From the IMG/VR virus record IMGVR_UViG_3300018080_005419: a stretch of 64,000 nt of DNA; one strand, 5' to 3'. Each line of letters begins with the position of its first letter. The first letter of the stretch is position 1. A program made the translations under genes and the position numbers. Below are positions 10,545 through 20,837 of this stretch, piece by piece. The notes under the pieces were generated by a model. That model searched no databases. It was not told the DNA's origin and was given only the letters and a program-made list of their open reading frames with translations. This stretch comes from a virus.

Positions 10545-11399
10545 TTAGTTTTCTAAAATATAGTTACATAAATTACAGAATAAATTCTTATAATTTCCAT
10601 ACGAATTTTTATTTATTTCATTATTATGTTTCTGACAAATTGGATGTCCTGCATACCAATGATAGCCTATTGTTTCCTCAGGAAGAGTTTCGGGATCAAT
10701 ATCATGAGAAAATGCATATGTTATTTGTGTAGAATTATACGGATAAACTAAATTCATAGGTATATTATAAAACTTCAAATTTGGATACTTCCTGATTGCT
10801 TCTTCTAGTACTTTTGCAGGTCCTACTTTATACAAATTATAAATATTTAAAACTCCTGCTGACTGATAATTTTTACTATGAAATGATTTAATATTATTTT
10901 TAAAAATATCTCCATAAAAATCATTATTGCCAGCAGAGAACAAAAATCCAATAGACAAATGGCATGTTTGACAAATTCCAGTATCATAATTATTATCATT
11001 AATCTGTTTTAACCAATCACTTAAAGAACGATGATACAATATATCCATATCCGAATAAATTCCACCCTCTTTAGCTAACATGTGAAATTTAAACATATTG
11101 CTTAATTGCGAAGGGGTAATTATTTTATAAAAATCTGAGGACAAAATTTCCTGTGGTATCTCCCATTCCTTTATTTCAACATTCAATTTTTTAATTTCAT
11201 CAATATAATTTTTTTGTTTGTATTTAAAGAAATCCTGCTCATTGTGGTTATTCCATGTTTTTTCTGTATTTAATTGTGTATTGTAATATAAAGTTATTTT
11301 AAAGTCCGGATTGTATTTCGCAAAAGAAAATAACGTCATATATCTCATCCATGACATTTTTTCATTACCCCAATAAAAGAATATTCTCTTAGGAATCAT
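10545..11399 (-). CDS. GT32-like DXD glycosyltransferase
   Basis: IPKRIFFYW and GGIYSDMDI motifs. Confidence 0.75.
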   Translation of the reverse strand: MIPKRIFFYWGNEKMSWMRYMTLFSFAKYNPDFKITLYYNTQLNTEKTWNNHNEQDFFKYKQKNYIDEIKKLNVEIKEWEIPQEILSSDFYKIITPSQLSNMFKFHMLAKEGGIYSDMDILYHRSLSDWLKQINDNNYDTGICQTCHLSIGFLFSAGNNDFYGDIFKNNIKSFHSKNYQSAGVLNIYNLYKVGPAKVLEEAIRKYPNLKFYNIPMNLVYPYNSTQITYAFSHDIDPETLPEETIGYHWYAGHPICQKHNNEINKNSYGNYKNLFCNLCNYILEN

Positions 11400-12135
11400 A
11401 TATTTGTTTCCCCCATTTACGAATTAAAATTTCCCTATTGATTGATACTCTTTTTTGCATTTCATGTTTGGGTAAAGAAAATCGTTCATGTTGTTGATGA
11501 CATACCACTAAAGGAACCAATCTACTAGGAATATTATTCGACTTAATTTTGTTGGCAAAATCTCTGTCTTCTGAGGCAATTCCATTAATAAATTCCTCGC
11601 TGAATCCTCCAATTTTTTCAAATAGATCTTTATGCAATACCGAACAAAAATGAAATAACCTTCTATTCCAACGTGGATGAACATACCAATTCTTTGTAGG
11701 ATTTATAGTGTATTTCATATCCTCAAAGGTCTCAAAATCATTTACATTTATTACCGATTTGCAAAAACAAATATAGTATTGATCAGGATTCTCTTCTAGG
11801 AGATCATCAAAACCTTTTAAAACATTTGCCTCATGTAAAACCTCTGGGTTCGTCAAAATCAAAAACATTCCCTGACAATGAGATGCTCCAACATTAAACA
11901 TTCCTGCAGGATTATAACAATTTTCTCTGGTGTATGATATTAGTTTGATATTAGCGTGACCCTCTATCACCTTCCATAAATCTTCGTGTTTTTTTTGATC
12001 CTTTATGTTTTTCATATCTTCTATAATGATAATTTCATAGTCGTTTCGATCAGCATAAAAATGATGAAAAGTTGTAAGAGTATTTTTTAATTGTTGCGAA
12101 CGATTATAGTAAGGCATCAACATTGAATATTTCAT
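11389..12135 (-). CDS. GT2 family glycosyltransferase
   Basis: MLMPYYNR, FNVGA and IGGFSEEF...EDRDF motifs. Confidence 0.8.
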   Translation of the reverse strand: MKYSMLMPYYNRSQQLKNTLTTFHHFYADRNDYEIIIIEDMKNIKDQKKHEDLWKVIEGHANIKLISYTRENCYNPAGMFNVGASHCQGMFLILTNPEVLHEANVLKGFDDLLEENPDQYYICFCKSVINVNDFETFEDMKYTINPTKNWYVHPRWNRRLFHFCSVLHKDLFEKIGGFSEEFINGIASEDRDFANKIKSNNIPSRLVPLVVCHQQHERFSLPKHEMQKRVSINREILIRKWGKQIYDS

Positions 12136-12956
12136 TTTTTGCGACTAGCTCCAACCCAAGGAAATTCAACCAATGGGATTTCTTCAATGCCAAGAAAACC
12201 GCATAGCTTTTTCCATTTATCTATATTGCTTAATTTGGAGTCTGTAATATCAATTTGAAGAAGTTGATCTTGCTTATCATCAAAAAAACGCCCAATTTGT
12301 ATTTGATGCTTTATGTATCCATTTGAAAAAGATTCTTCATTAAAAGGGAACACATTATTCAAAAAAACTTCACCATAAGCAAACTGATCAACAAGATGAC
12401 AATGGCTTATATGTTTCTTTTTAAAGAATAATCTACATGATCTTAACCACAAATCTAAATCACGAATAGTCCATATAAATTTTGCTTTAGGGAATTTTTT
12501 ATAGATTCTTTCAATAAAACTGGGAACCCAAATCGGAGTGTCATCATAAAAATGATACCTACTATATGTATCAACATCTAAAGATAAGGGAGAATGTTTA
12601 ACACTAAATCCCAATAAAAAAATAGCCTTACAAAGAGAGGTAGTGCCGGTTCTTGGAAGTCCTACATTGAATATTTTCAGTTTTCTGTCATCTTTAGATT
12701 TTAAAAAACCCTCAAGCAACCAACCAAAATTGGATTTGCCATAGAACGTATCAAGCTCGTTATTAAACACAAGTGTATCAATTGAACGATTTCCTAATCG
12801 ATATTGAATTTCTACACTACCATCTTCTAAAATCTTATATTGATTATTTTCAATACTCCAAGCATCACAAAGACCATCCTCCTTAAAAAACAAAATAGTC
12901 TCGGAAGCATGATCTAGATTTCTTAAAACAAATTTTTGACCGATCAGCTTTTTCAT
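12132..12956 (-). CDS. Sulfotransferase with an extra N-terminal ~85-aa domain
   Basis: IFNVGLPRTGTTSL is a PAPS-binding loop, followed by KFIWTIRD and W..LCGFLG; the N-terminal domain is shared with the next gene. Confidence 0.75.
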   Translation of the reverse strand: MKKLIGQKFVLRNLDHASETILFFKEDGLCDAWSIENNQYKILEDGSVEIQYRLGNRSIDTLVFNNELDTFYGKSNFGWLLEGFLKSKDDRKLKIFNVGLPRTGTTSLCKAIFLLGFSVKHSPLSLDVDTYSRYHFYDDTPIWVPSFIERIYKKFPKAKFIWTIRDLDLWLRSCRLFFKKKHISHCHLVDQFAYGEVFLNNVFPFNEESFSNGYIKHQIQIGRFFDDKQDQLLQIDITDSKLSNIDKWKKLCGFLGIEEIPLVEFPWVGASRKK

Positions 12957-15340
12957 CAGATTTCCAATCTAAAAGCTGGTCTGTTATCGCTATGACCCAA
13001 ATAATCAAAATGTTTAATGCCGAATTTAGAAAAAATATTTGAATAAAATTCAATGGTGTCTATTTTAGGGTTGGCATGTCCTTCAAAGAATATTGCTTTC
13101 TTAGTGTGTTCTATAATAAATTTAAAATTGTTTTCTGGATCTGACAATTCCTTTGTCCGATATATGGCTAAATACATTGCATAGTCCCATTCATTAACAA
13201 CTTCTATAATATTGTTTTTGTATGATTCACGATTAAAGTCAAACTGCCGAAACTGAATATCAAAACCTAAAATTTGATTAATTTTTTGAGCTACATTTAA
13301 AGCTTCAATTTGATATTCAAAACCATATATATACTTTGCACCTCTAAAGGCAGCTTCAAAACAAGATTGCCCTATATTACATCCAAAATCTACAACGGTA
13401 CTGTCAGCTAATTCATCAAAATTGTAAACTTCACGAAAGCGTTCTCTTTGTTTTCTTTGCCCTTTTAATCCGACTTCTCTAATTTCATGATATTTAGGGA
13501 ACCATGAGGCTTTACTATTAAGATCTGTTAATATTTGAGTATCCTCTTTGCTAATAAAATTATTTAATGAATCTCTATGAATTAACACATAACAATCAAT
13601 AGCAGTTTTTCCAGCCTCTAAATAAGACATTGTTCTATTACTACCATCTAAAAATAAAAGATTGTCTGCATCAATTTCTGCTCCGTTTTCAATATAAACA
13701 GACGGATGAGTTAAAATAATAGGAGGAAAAACAACCCCATCATTAACCAGCGCAGAATAATCTTTAAATCGTTCTTTTTTCCACTTGTTCCATCTATTTA
13801 TTGCCTCCTCATCCCTAAAAGAAATCTGAAGTGGTGCAGATATAATACATAGATCGCCAAGATTGATTTCACAATTAGTTGTCTTTCCATAAGTTTTTTG
13901 AAGGGAAATTCTCAACAGACTTTTATAATCGTGTTTAGGACCAAAATCATAGTTTTTTAAAACTGACCGAGCACATATAATATTACTAGATAAAGTCAAA
14001 TCTATGCTGGTATCTATAAATGATTCTACAGCAAATTTATGATGTAAAGAAAAGATATTCCCTTTTGGGGTTTTCTGAATAATACGTCCTTCAATAGGCC
14101 AACCAAAATTAGATTCACCTTTGAATAATGTGTGATCCTCATTAAAACGAACAATATCAATCGCCTTATTTCCAGCAGAATATTTAATCTTAACCGAATT
14201 ATTTCCTATAAATTCATAATGATTGTTACTTAAATTCCAAGCTGAACAAATTCCATTTTCTAAAAATGTTATTTCAGTACCAGAATTATGTTGTAGATTT
14301 TCCATTTCATAAGTTTGTCCAATAATCTCAATTATTTCTTTAGACTCTTCACACGGTTCTTCAATTTCCCCTTTTAATAAATGACCTTCTGAAGTAACAC
14401 CACTAACAGATTTCCAATCAGATGAAAATTCTAAATAATCATAAGCATAACTTCCTTCAGAATTATAAATTATGCAGGAATGATTTGAAAGAATATTGTA
14501 TTCGTTGACGATGTGCCATTGAGAACATTTTTTCTGATCGATAAAAAATAATTCTGTAGTTGAATTATGATTTTCATTCCTTACTGTATACTTTTTATTT
14601 AAAACTTTTTCCACAAAGAAACGCTCATCACACTTAGGATCTTTGACGCACTTCTCTTTTAAGAACTTGTTGTACTTTTTTAATTCTCTTAGATAACTAG
14701 CGCTATTATTTGCTGTTTGATAATAATGCTCATATTCTTTATCTAAATTATCAGGATCAATCATCCAATCAGCATGTATAAATAAATATGGCTCTTTTGT
14801 GCGAATATGGTTTCCATCAGCATTCCAGACATTTCTATGCCTTACTAGACAAAATGTTGTATCTATTGGATAATATAGACCTCTACCGCAACTTGTTTCT
14901 CCTCTGATTAAATGTTTTTCCCATAGCAACACTCTTTTCTTTAAAGGATAACAATCAGGAAGATCTAAATTTAACCCAACACCTACCTTTTCAACTTTTG
15001 GATAGTCATTTAAAATTGAAAATAGATAAGGAATTAAATCGTTAGGACAATCGCATGTAGGATATAAATCCGGATCAGAAATAATAAATGGTTCTCTGCC
15101 AGAAAAACAATTAGAACAAAAATATCTTAAAGCATTATGTCCCATATTTTTATTTAAATAATGAACTGTAACTTTTTCTTTATATTTATCATATAGATCC
15201 AAAGTAGGTTGATAATCCGACTTATTATCAACAATATGAATGCAATCAACTCCCTGCGCCTCGAATAAAAGCCAATCAAGAAGTCTTTTAAGCGGATCGC
15301 AACGATTGAAGTTATTAATAACAACTTCCGTCTTTACCAT
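12956..15340 (-). CDS. Multidomain protein: GT2-like, two ~80-aa repeats, ParB/Srx-like segment, class I SAM methyltransferase
   Basis: VDNKSDY/ISDPD (GT-A), FPPIIL...LDGSNR (ParB/Srx-like) and VVDFGCNIG (SAM motif I). Confidence 0.65.
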   Translation of the reverse strand: MVKTEVVINNFNRCDPLKRLLDWLLFEAQGVDCIHIVDNKSDYQPTLDLYDKYKEKVTVHYLNKNMGHNALRYFCSNCFSGREPFIISDPDLYPTCDCPNDLIPYLFSILNDYPKVEKVGVGLNLDLPDCYPLKKRVLLWEKHLIRGETSCGRGLYYPIDTTFCLVRHRNVWNADGNHIRTKEPYLFIHADWMIDPDNLDKEYEHYYQTANNSASYLRELKKYNKFLKEKCVKDPKCDERFFVEKVLNKKYTVRNENHNSTTELFFIDQKKCSQWHIVNEYNILSNHSCIIYNSEGSYAYDYLEFSSDWKSVSGVTSEGHLLKGEIEEPCEESKEIIEIIGQTYEMENLQHNSGTEITFLENGICSAWNLSNNHYEFIGNNSVKIKYSAGNKAIDIVRFNEDHTLFKGESNFGWPIEGRIIQKTPKGNIFSLHHKFAVESFIDTSIDLTLSSNIICARSVLKNYDFGPKHDYKSLLRISLQKTYGKTTNCEINLGDLCIISAPLQISFRDEEAINRWNKWKKERFKDYSALVNDGVVFPPIILTHPSVYIENGAEIDADNLLFLDGSNRTMSYLEAGKTAIDCYVLIHRDSLNNFISKEDTQILTDLNSKASWFPKYHEIREVGLKGQRKQRERFREVYNFDELADSTVVDFGCNIGQSCFEAAFRGAKYIYGFEYQIEALNVAQKINQILGFDIQFRQFDFNRESYKNNIIEVVNEWDYAMYLAIYRTKELSDPENNFKFIIEHTKKAIFFEGHANPKIDTIEFYSNIFSKFGIKHFDYLGHSDNRPAFRLEI

Positions 15341-18300
15341 TTAAATAGATTCCCAATCCCAATCGTTCAATTTTAGTCCGCGTCTATGAGAAGCCAATCC
15401 GGGAAGAGCAGAATATAATTTAGATTTATTGTTAGACCACATATCACACCACATTTGATGATCTGTTAATGGATTTTGAGCATCCACAAATAAATGAGAA
15501 TTTAAAGATAAGGATTGTCCGGTCGCCACAAAAGTAAGACAAGTAGAAATGCACGTTCTCCAATGATGATCTTGTTCCCATATAATTTCATTTTGATATA
15601 TATTATTGATAAATTGATATTCTGATTTTATATTAGATTCTATATATCTATCAGGATGATCATAAAGAGTGACAAAATCAGATGGATGATCTTTAATAAA
15701 AAGATAGGATTTTTCAAATGCATCTGGACGATAAAGATAATCATCCTCACAAAAGAAAACAACAGTGTCTTTACTAGCTAATTCTTTAGCAATTTCCATT
15801 GAATCTAAATAAAAAGTATAATAATTCCTATTTTTACATAATTTTCCAGATACTAGTTTCTTTTCACATTTGGATGAATGAGTCTCAATAATAGAAAAAA
15901 AGTCTCCAAATTTTTGATTAAGCATATCTATAATAATTTGAGGGCTGTCGTCAACTATTAAATGAGACGAAAATGTAAGATTAAATTTTTGCACAAAAGG
16001 CAAAAATAAATTGTTAAAATTTTCAAGAAATGAAAACTTTTCATGATCTATACTAGTAGAGTGAAAACGATAAAGAACCAATACATCAGGAGATAAATTT
16101 GGTTCATTTTCAATTATATTAAGAGTTTTGTCATTCTGTTCTGGCAACACTTTTCGAACAACTAGTTCAATAGAATATTCACCAGAACTATGGTCTTTAG
16201 GCCCATTAAAAACAAATTCATCATCACATACTTTAATATATTCAATTACGTAATTCGATTTTATAGTATTTTCAAAAAGAAGTTTTAACCCAACAGTATC
16301 CGGCAATTCGTCGTTTAACGGCAAAAAAAATCTTTTATGATCTCTATTCCATTGAGAAGGAAGATTTTTCTTCTTTTCATATAAATCTCGATGAGGAACT
16401 GATACAATTAAATATCCTCCAGGTTTTAAAATTCGCCACCAATTTTGAATAGCTATTTTAGCACTATTCATGTGTTCAAGACAATGAGACGAATAAACAA
16501 AATCGTATAAGTCGTCCTTTACCCCATTCATATATTGCGCATCACCATCTTTAATATCCCACGTATCTACATTCTCTGTTATTGGATCTTTTCCACATCC
16601 AATATCGATACCCTTCCCTTTGCAAAATTTTTCGAAGAAACCATTTATTTCTCTGCGGATTTGTGCTTTATGAGTCTCACCTCTGTGCATAATTTTATGA
16701 TGCTCTTTAATTGATTTACTAGATGACAAAGGTTCTGCAGATTTTTCGCAAATATCTATGTTTTTTCCTAATACAATAAGGCCATGGCTGTGCTTATGTT
16801 TTTCAATAATTTTCCATTCATTATGCTTAGATGTAAAGTCTGAAATAGCTTGTTGTAAGCCTGGGTTTTTTCCATCATCGCCAACTATACCAAATGTCTC
16901 TGTATCATGAATTAGAATATACTTTGAAACTTTTGAATGGTGTCTTTCTAGTTCTTTGCCGACCCTATCGTAATTATGCCAAGTGTCCAAATGCAATAAA
17001 TCAACTTCAGAAATTTCAGCCTCAAGACTGTCCTTCGTTCTAAAAATAAATTCAGTGTCTTTTAATCCTTCTCTTAATTCATGAAGTAGAGATATATTAT
17101 TTGTATTATAACATTCAAAATATTTAGGATTTGAATTAGCTAGACAAAGAGTAGTGACATAATTACCATCTCTAAATTCTGCTATCCTATCGCATTGAGC
17201 AGCATATTTTTCATAAACATCAAGAAGACCTTTTACATCTGAATGGCTTTTCTTCGTCTGCGCATATAAAGACTCGACAGTTTCTCCTTTTAAAACCTGA
17301 CTGTCAAAATATCCTTTGGGATCATGACTCCAAAATCGATCTATTTTTTCTAGTTTTCCGCCATCTCTTTCCAAACAAAAAGACATTACCGAATCATCTT
17401 TATAATGAATGACACTAGGAGGCAATCCATTATAATATTTATCCCATACAGCCATCGGAGCACTCATAAAATTACCTTGTATGAACTGATAAACTCTAGG
17501 TTTTTCGTTAATTCCGATTTCCTTAAGCTCACCAAAAAAATCATTATGTTTATCAAAATTCCCAGCTATAAATTTGTCTTTAAGTGATTTTTGTAATTGC
17601 AGGTATCGAACATGATTATAAATACCTTCTATATCAATTTTAACATCTTGACCGCATCGCATCATAAAACATTCATTGCCGTATCTTTTCTTAAAATATT
17701 GAATGGCTCGTTTTGTTGGTCGCACAATGCCGGTAGGATTTCCCTCAGGCCTCAAATCAATCATTGGCACGTCAGAAAAATCAATATTCGCATCACATTT
17801 ATCTACTGTAAAAACAACATCAATATCTAACTTGGTCAAATCCTTAAATAATTGTCTTCTCTCTAAAAACATTTTTCTGTGTTGCGCTGTTTCTATATAT
17901 AAAGGAATATGAAGACAAGTCTTTTTCATTTCAAAACTTGACGCTATACGATCACTATTTGCGTTTAAAAAATGATGAGCTTCTTCTATAATAGACTGTT
18001 CATTTTCCCAACCGTCATGTAAAAACAACAAATTATCGTTATTTTGCTGCTTCATAAAAGGAACAAAATCAGTACTCCAATCCTTCTTTCTAAAAATAAG
18101 CATTGGACAACCGCACATGGCAGCAATATGAGAAGTTCCTGTATCTGTGCTGATAAACAATCTACAGTTTTTCAACATTGTCACTAATGCATCTAATGGA
18201 CGTTCGTACTCCCAATTTCTTACAGCAACTTCAGGAAAATCAAATGTAGTATCGGGATGTCCAACAATCCCTACTTTATATTCTTTCAGGCTATCAATGA

Positions 18301-18844
18301 TTTTTTGCCATTTATCTCTAGGATAGTTTCTTTGTGAATCTCGGCCTCTATTTCTTGGACCTATTACAACATCTACATCGATTTCTTCGCAAAACGGATC
18401 TAAAGGAATTGGCATAAATTGAACAAAACGGTAAGAAATTTCATGCCCAACTTCAATCAATTGATGGTGGGGATATCTTTTATGAAAATCTTGCTTTAAT
18501 TTCTTATATTTTGCATCACCTTGGGGAATGTTCGCGCCAAGTCTTTTTTCATCCTTTTGAAAATCATCCCAATCATAAATAAATTCATCAGCAGAAGGGA
18601 AAAATATCTCTTCTCCGTGACGACAGCAAACTATTTTTTTGGGACATTTAAAATAATGAACGAATCTAATAAAGGTGTTAATAAAAAAGCCAAATTCTCC
18701 CATAAAAGGAAGAAAGACACAAGGCTGATTTGATCCTCTTTTAATTTGTTCTAATACAGGAATACCAGTATTTATCTTAGCTAGATCTTGCCAATCTTTA
18801 GCATAACCCACATTTAAATGTTCTAATTTCTTTAAGTCTAGCAT
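15341..18844 (-). CDS. 1167-aa multidomain glycan-modifying protein (GT9-like, GT-like, two methyltransferase domains, C-terminal GT-A-like)
   Basis: FISTDTGTSHIAA (GT9), LLHLDTWH...ILIHDT (Methyltransf_24-like), GIDIGCG...YSSHCLEH...LKPGG (Methyltransf_11-like) and FFCEDDY. Confidence 0.7.
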   Translation of the reverse strand: MLDLKKLEHLNVGYAKDWQDLAKINTGIPVLEQIKRGSNQPCVFLPFMGEFGFFINTFIRFVHYFKCPKKIVCCRHGEEIFFPSADEFIYDWDDFQKDEKRLGANIPQGDAKYKKLKQDFHKRYPHHQLIEVGHEISYRFVQFMPIPLDPFCEEIDVDVVIGPRNRGRDSQRNYPRDKWQKIIDSLKEYKVGIVGHPDTTFDFPEVAVRNWEYERPLDALVTMLKNCRLFISTDTGTSHIAAMCGCPMLIFRKKDWSTDFVPFMKQQNNDNLLFLHDGWENEQSIIEEAHHFLNANSDRIASSFEMKKTCLHIPLYIETAQHRKMFLERRQLFKDLTKLDIDVVFTVDKCDANIDFSDVPMIDLRPEGNPTGIVRPTKRAIQYFKKRYGNECFMMRCGQDVKIDIEGIYNHVRYLQLQKSLKDKFIAGNFDKHNDFFGELKEIGINEKPRVYQFIQGNFMSAPMAVWDKYYNGLPPSVIHYKDDSVMSFCLERDGGKLEKIDRFWSHDPKGYFDSQVLKGETVESLYAQTKKSHSDVKGLLDVYEKYAAQCDRIAEFRDGNYVTTLCLANSNPKYFECYNTNNISLLHELREGLKDTEFIFRTKDSLEAEISEVDLLHLDTWHNYDRVGKELERHHSKVSKYILIHDTETFGIVGDDGKNPGLQQAISDFTSKHNEWKIIEKHKHSHGLIVLGKNIDICEKSAEPLSSSKSIKEHHKIMHRGETHKAQIRREINGFFEKFCKGKGIDIGCGKDPITENVDTWDIKDGDAQYMNGVKDDLYDFVYSSHCLEHMNSAKIAIQNWWRILKPGGYLIVSVPHRDLYEKKKNLPSQWNRDHKRFFLPLNDELPDTVGLKLLFENTIKSNYVIEYIKVCDDEFVFNGPKDHSSGEYSIELVVRKVLPEQNDKTLNIIENEPNLSPDVLVLYRFHSTSIDHEKFSFLENFNNLFLPFVQKFNLTFSSHLIVDDSPQIIIDMLNQKFGDFFSIIETHSSKCEKKLVSGKLCKNRNYYTFYLDSMEIAKELASKDTVVFFCEDDYLYRPDAFEKSYLFIKDHPSDFVTLYDHPDRYIESNIKSEYQFINNIYQNEIIWEQDHHWRTCISTCLTFVATGQSLSLNSHLFVDAQNPLTDHQMWCDMWSNNKSKLYSALPGLASHRRGLKLNDWDWESI

Positions 18845-18861
18845 TCATCTCTATCCTGTTT

Positions 18862-19641
18862 CTATGATGCCAAGACACCCTTACTACGCATCGCATGAAC
18901 AATTGCTGGTTGAACAGGTACAGGTTTATTGGTAAAATAATCTACAAAATTCCATGGCTCATCAACAGGAAGTCTATTGTTAAAGTGACCTGTCCAATCA
19001 GAAGCCCAAATATCAGAAAAATTGTAAATCTGATGGGCCTCTGCATCAGCACAAAGCATATGAGTAGCATAAGCTAATGGTGCTTCTTCAGTAAATGTAT
19101 GGCCTCTATCTTTACAATAAGTCCAGAAAAAACGCATTAAGCTACAAATCGTATTAATCGCTTCTTTTTGAACAATCCACAAACCAGCATTAACATTATA
19201 AACATTCATACTAATAACACCACATTCTCTCATTAATTCTTCATATCGAGGAATCCAACAACCCCACCAATCAAAACGCACATTTTCTGGATTATATGTT
19301 TTACTTTCTAAAAAACTATGAATTGGAGAACCCTGCATCATTATTAAAGGATCATAAGGTAATTCTCGAACAAAATATGTATCAGCATCCATAAAAATAA
19401 AGTAATCGTAGTCAAGTTTTGCGACCTCTCTTTGTAAAAATTCTACTTTAAATAAATAATGTTTTTTATCAAATGAATTAGTATCTACATGATGAATAAC
19501 AGCACCCTCAATATCGTCTCTGTCTGTCCATAAGTGAATATCACCTTCAATATTATGTTCTTTCATGCTTTTAACGGTAGATCTTAACATCTTACCATGA
19601 TGACCGTCGCCTACACTCCACCAGCAATAGTTACCAAACAT
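18862..19641 (-). CDS. Putative nucleotide-diphospho-sugar transferase
   Basis: Start reassigned after GGAGGAG; FIFMDADTY DXD motif and VNAG. Confidence 0.55.
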   Translation of the reverse strand: MFGNYCWWSVGDGHHGKMLRSTVKSMKEHNIEGDIHLWTDRDDIEGAVIHHVDTNSFDKKHYLFKVEFLQREVAKLDYDYFIFMDADTYFVRELPYDPLIMMQGSPIHSFLESKTYNPENVRFDWWGCWIPRYEELMRECGVISMNVYNVNAGLWIVQKEAINTICSLMRFFWTYCKDRGHTFTEEAPLAYATHMLCADAEAHQIYNFSDIWASDWTGHFNNRLPVDEPWNFVDYFTNKPVPVQPAIVHAMRSKGVLAS

Positions 19642-20713
19642 TGAACACTCTCCTCCATATTTCCTCGTGCTTTTTAGAATCACAAATAACAGATCCAGCA
19701 TAAGCACTTGCTTGTTTTCCTATTGTGTTTCTTAATCCTGGATTTCTTTGAAGTTCTTGGCAAACGCTTCTATAATCTTCAAAGGTTTCACACATAAATC
19801 CCGTCTTACCTTGCAAAATAAACTCAGCAAAATTATGTCCAGTAGGCACAACAGGAACACAACCAGTTAACATGGCTTCAACTGTTGTCCTGCCCCATGA
19901 TTCTCTAAATGTATGTCCTAATTTATAAACAAACAAATCTAAAGAGTAGAGAAAATCAGTGACTTTTTCTTGTTCTTGTGCTAAAAACTCCCATTCAGAA
20001 CCAAAGGAATGCCATTTATATATTGAATGTAATTTACTATCCCAAGCCATCACTCTATATTTCACATTCTTTAATCCTAGACTTTCGTAAAAAACAGGAA
20101 AGTCTAAACTATATTTTTCTTTGTCTGCTCTTGATAATCTTCCTATAGCAAATTGAGAATTATTTCTTTGTTTATATGGATAACGAGTAGGATCAATGTA
20201 ATTATCTACAACATAATTTTCTATTCCTGGCCTAGCATCATTATATGAATTTTCTAGGACTTCTCTGTTGAATTTGGAACTATACAGGACAGCATCAATA
20301 TATCCACTCTTAATACAACTCAATTCTCCAGGAAAATTCCACATCATTTCATTTCCCCAGAGAACTTTAAGACCTTTTTCTTTTGCAATTCGACAAAGAG
20401 TGATCCCGCTTGTAAAAGAACCGTTACTTAAAGCAAGAGCAAACCCATCTAGCTTATCTCCCAATTTGTTAAACTCATCTCTAGATATACAATTAATTCC
20501 CATAGCTGTATATTGATCGTACCATTCTTTCTGGTTCAATTGCATATCTTGATTAGGAATAACTGTAATATCCATAAAACTATTCACAAGTCTCAAAGTA
20601 TTGTCAAGTTTGGTATCAGCACCTCCATAATGTGAGGGCCAACCAAAAACATATAGCTTATTGGTGCTAGGTTGTGAATAGGCAGGAACCATCTCAATTA
20701 CATTATCAGGCAT
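19631..20713 (-). CDS. GT4-like (GT-B) glycosyltransferase
   Basis: AIGRLSR and ESWGRTTVEAMLTGCVPV (EX7E motif). Confidence 0.8.
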   Translation of the reverse strand: MPDNVIEMVPAYSQPSTNKLYVFGWPSHYGGADTKLDNTLRLVNSFMDITVIPNQDMQLNQKEWYDQYTAMGINCISRDEFNKLGDKLDGFALALSNGSFTSGITLCRIAKEKGLKVLWGNEMMWNFPGELSCIKSGYIDAVLYSSKFNREVLENSYNDARPGIENYVVDNYIDPTRYPYKQRNNSQFAIGRLSRADKEKYSLDFPVFYESLGLKNVKYRVMAWDSKLHSIYKWHSFGSEWEFLAQEQEKVTDFLYSLDLFVYKLGHTFRESWGRTTVEAMLTGCVPVVPTGHNFAEFILQGKTGFMCETFEDYRSVCQELQRNPGLRNTIGKQASAYAGSVICDSKKHEEIWRRVFNVW

Positions 20714-20778
20714 AGCGCAAATTCTCCCCTAAAGGCAAAATGTTAAATCTATTATATCCAAAGAAACTACAAATATAT

Positions 20779-20811
20779 AAAAAAATCCTCCTCCTATTAA
20801 AAGAAAGAGGA
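20779..20811 (-). terminator. Probable intrinsic terminator
   Basis: Minus strand TCCTC...GAGGA stem followed by a T7 tract, downstream of the 20838-21608 gene. Confidence 0.5.
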
Positions 20812-20837
20812 CAATTAAATATTAAAGACAAGATTTC

